This document shows, piece after piece, positions 61,525 to 64,000 of a DNA stretch of 64,000 nt. A program made the position numbers and the translations under genes. Positions within the stretch are counted from its first letter, which is position 1, and each line of letters begins with the position of its first letter. This DNA is from Leptogorgia sarmentosa (taxonomy: Eukaryota). The stretch is taken from contig OZ210884.1 in NCBI GenBank assembly GCA_964658305.1, forward strand, positions 3,596,001 to 3,660,000, in the 5' to 3' direction. The notes beneath the pieces are model-generated. The model searched no databases. It was not told the DNA's origin and saw nothing but the letters and a program-made list of their open reading frames with translations.

Positions 61525-62242
61525 GGCCCCGTCTAACCGCATCCGGATAAATTTGAAAACGCAAAAATATTTATCCGTTTTCAAAAAAGTCTGCGTCCAC
61601 ACGTTGCCGTTTCTGAATCGTTTTTGGCGTCCACACGTAAACGCGAAAACGATTTGAAAACGCTGACATCGCTAATGAGCATGCTCTTTAGAGAAAAAAA
61701 ATGTGTGCCCGCATGCTCAATATAAATGCGAGTTTGTTTTGATCAAAACAGCACAGCTAAAACGAGCGCATTATTGGCTAATGTTAACAACAAACGCAAG
61801 TTTTAAAATGAATGTTAAAAATGTCACAGTTAATCCACAACACAATAAATTATTTCAAACAATAACAATAGAGGTGTGAGTAGAACGCGCTCTGTCAAAA
61901 CGCTACACTAAATTTTGTTTTTAAAAAAACGCTTGTATCGCATCAACAACCATCAAAAGAAAATACTTCTGATTCTGAGCTTTTATTATGTTCGACCATT
62001 GCTTCCGAGTGCACTGGTTTCGAGTTGTTACGTCATCGTTTTCAAATCGTTTTCAAATTTATCTGGATAAGGCGTCGACACAGATCCGCTTGGCCGGCGT
62101 TTTCAAATTTATCCACTCTTGAGAGCGTTTTCAAATTTATCCGTTTTCAGTGGGTGAAAAAGCCGTTTACGTGTGGACGGAACCCGTAACCGTATAAATA
62201 TTTATGCGTCTTCAAATTTATTCGGATACGTGTGGACGTGCC
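61525..62242. mobile_element. MITE, PIF/Harbinger-like, TTA TSD
   Basis: TTA|GGCCCCGTCT..CGCATCCGGATAAATTTGAA at the left and TTCAAATTTATTCGGATACGTGTGGACGTGCC|TTA at the right. Confidence 0.8.
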
Positions 62243-62963
62243 TTAGTTTTGAGTTGATAATATTGTCATGCGTATGGATATTGGGTTTTGATCTTCATTA
62301 TATTTTATGAATCGCGCGCTACTTTTTTACAACCATTATGCTAAAGAAATACAATATCACGCTACAAACATTGTGCGATAGCGCAATTTTTTTGCGGCGA
62401 ATGTGAGTATGTAAGAAAATTAAGACTGTTCACTGCGTGACGTAATAAAAACATTTAAAATTGAACTTTAACCGCTCGCGTCGGCAATGTGATTTAGCAA
62501 TGTAAATACTTACTTACAACCCCCCGGTATATTATTTCATTTCATTGAACGCATTTTAATTAATTCGAGTGTTCCGCTGTTCCGGTGTTCCGTATTTTAG
62601 TATTCCGGTGTTCCGGTGTTCCTGGTTTTACTAATAGCCATGCGCTACCACTACTAATGCTTTTTTCATATACCTTTCGTCATATATGAAACACTTCGAT
62701 AAATTGCTTAGCGAAGCCGGCATGCGTTAAAATTTTATTTTAAAGTTAGCCCGTACATCTTCCCATTTTTTATCAAATACATAAAGTTTTCTTCAACGGT
62801 AGAAAAACATATAACAAAATTTTGTTTAGTAAAAAACTAAAAATTACGCACTAAAGTGATATAAAGGTTTTCGTTTTACACAAAAATTTACTTTTCGTTC
62901 CATAACTTGATATATAAAAATTAAACCTTAACACTCAACAAAAATCCATACAAACGTTTAAAG

Positions 62964-64000
62964 TTAGGACTTAATTATGTTGTCGATCCACTCATGATAC
63001 GACGAGACTTTAGTATAGTAGCCAACTTCTCCTTTCTGGGCACAACCAATCCCCCAGCTCACGACACCAGCCTGGAACCATCGCCATTTTCCGTCCACTG
63101 GTTGCAATACCATTGCTGGACCACCACCGTCACCATGACATGTATCTTTTTGACCAGTGACGTCACCGGCACAAAATTGGGTCGTGCTGTTAAAATACCA
63201 ATTATCCTTATTCCTCTGGCGCGCCAAGGCTTTTTTGTTCTTCACATTTTCTTCGCAGAATGTGTTTGCTTTAAATGGTAGCCTGACTTCTCTAAGATAT
63301 TTGGACGGGTCTTCTGAATGCTGGTTTGGATTTACAGCCTTGGTTCCTCCCCAGCCTACTACATACATCCCGTTGTATTGTTGTATGATGTTTGTCATGT
63401 TGAGTTCACGTGGCAGGCAGATCGCTTGTTGATTTCGTGTGAAGCGTTTCAGTTTGGGAAATTTGACCAGTGCGATGTCATTGTTGAAGTTACTTGAATT
63501 GTAGTCTTGGTGGATGTGAAGTTCAAGACTTGTGTATACTGTCGATTTTTTGTCTTGAAATACCACTTTGACACTGGGGCGAAAGAAATGAAATAGTTTG
63601 GTGATGTGAATAGCGTGACAGTATGGTTGGCGATTGTAGCGATGATAGAATGGTAGAACAATGTCATCTACTTACTCGTGTGGTTGAGGCGGTTCGTTGT
63701 TAGACCCTGGTAATGATGGTTTGATGAAACAATGAGCTGCACTTAACACAAACTCTTCATTGATTATTGTTCCACCACATTCTGGTGTGCCTGTGATTCA
63801 ATCATAACATGAGCATTAAAAATACCTCAAAAGAAGTTCAGCTGTGTTCTGTAAGCATGTATCAAAAGAAATATTGTGTAGGAAGATTGTCGTTTTCGGA
63901 TGCTGCACTCACCTTTAACGAGTACCCTGACCGCCCAAGGCCAGTTTCGTCCATCTGCTTTTTTCCCGCCAACAATTCGACCTCTCGCATCAAATGGTTT
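62964..64000 (-). CDS. Trypsin-family (S1A) serine protease homolog with catalytic Ser->Gly, 3' exons only
   Basis: Exons >64000-63913 (R|IVGG...WPW), 63790-63676 (CGGTII...LSAAHC), 63573-62964 (NNDIAL...ICLP...GWG...FCAG...DTCHGDGGGP...GVVSWG.GC...YTKV), all phase-compatible. Confidence 0.93.

Overview
AT-rich, intron-containing, repeat-dense animal genomic DNA. It is probably an anthozoan cnidarian, inferred only from the style of the GPCRs and repeats. Contents in order: (1) a tandem segmental duplication (~40-5030 / ~14560-18915) carrying two paralogous spliced genes for small secreted single-WxxW-domain proteins with a strong excess of amino-acid-changing differences, with a 5.4-kb 15/17-bp satellite between the copies; (2) two intronless rhodopsin-like GPCR paralogs; (3) a 5-exon gene (25881-33988) predicted to encode a connexin-like four-TM domain fused to a C-terminal death domain, the most striking item; (4) a secreted QPD-type C-type lectin gene; (5) a ~10-kb duplicated, decaying cassette of tiny same-strand genes (tandem bZIP-like units, RING-like zinc fingers, a basic-repeat ORF), interrupted by a CACTG-ended DNA transposon and showing a precise intron loss; (6) the 3' part of a trypsin-family gene whose catalytic Ser is replaced by Gly. 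Many non-autonomous DNA transposons are present. Gene models were built by hand from splice signals and phase continuity. No database searches were run.
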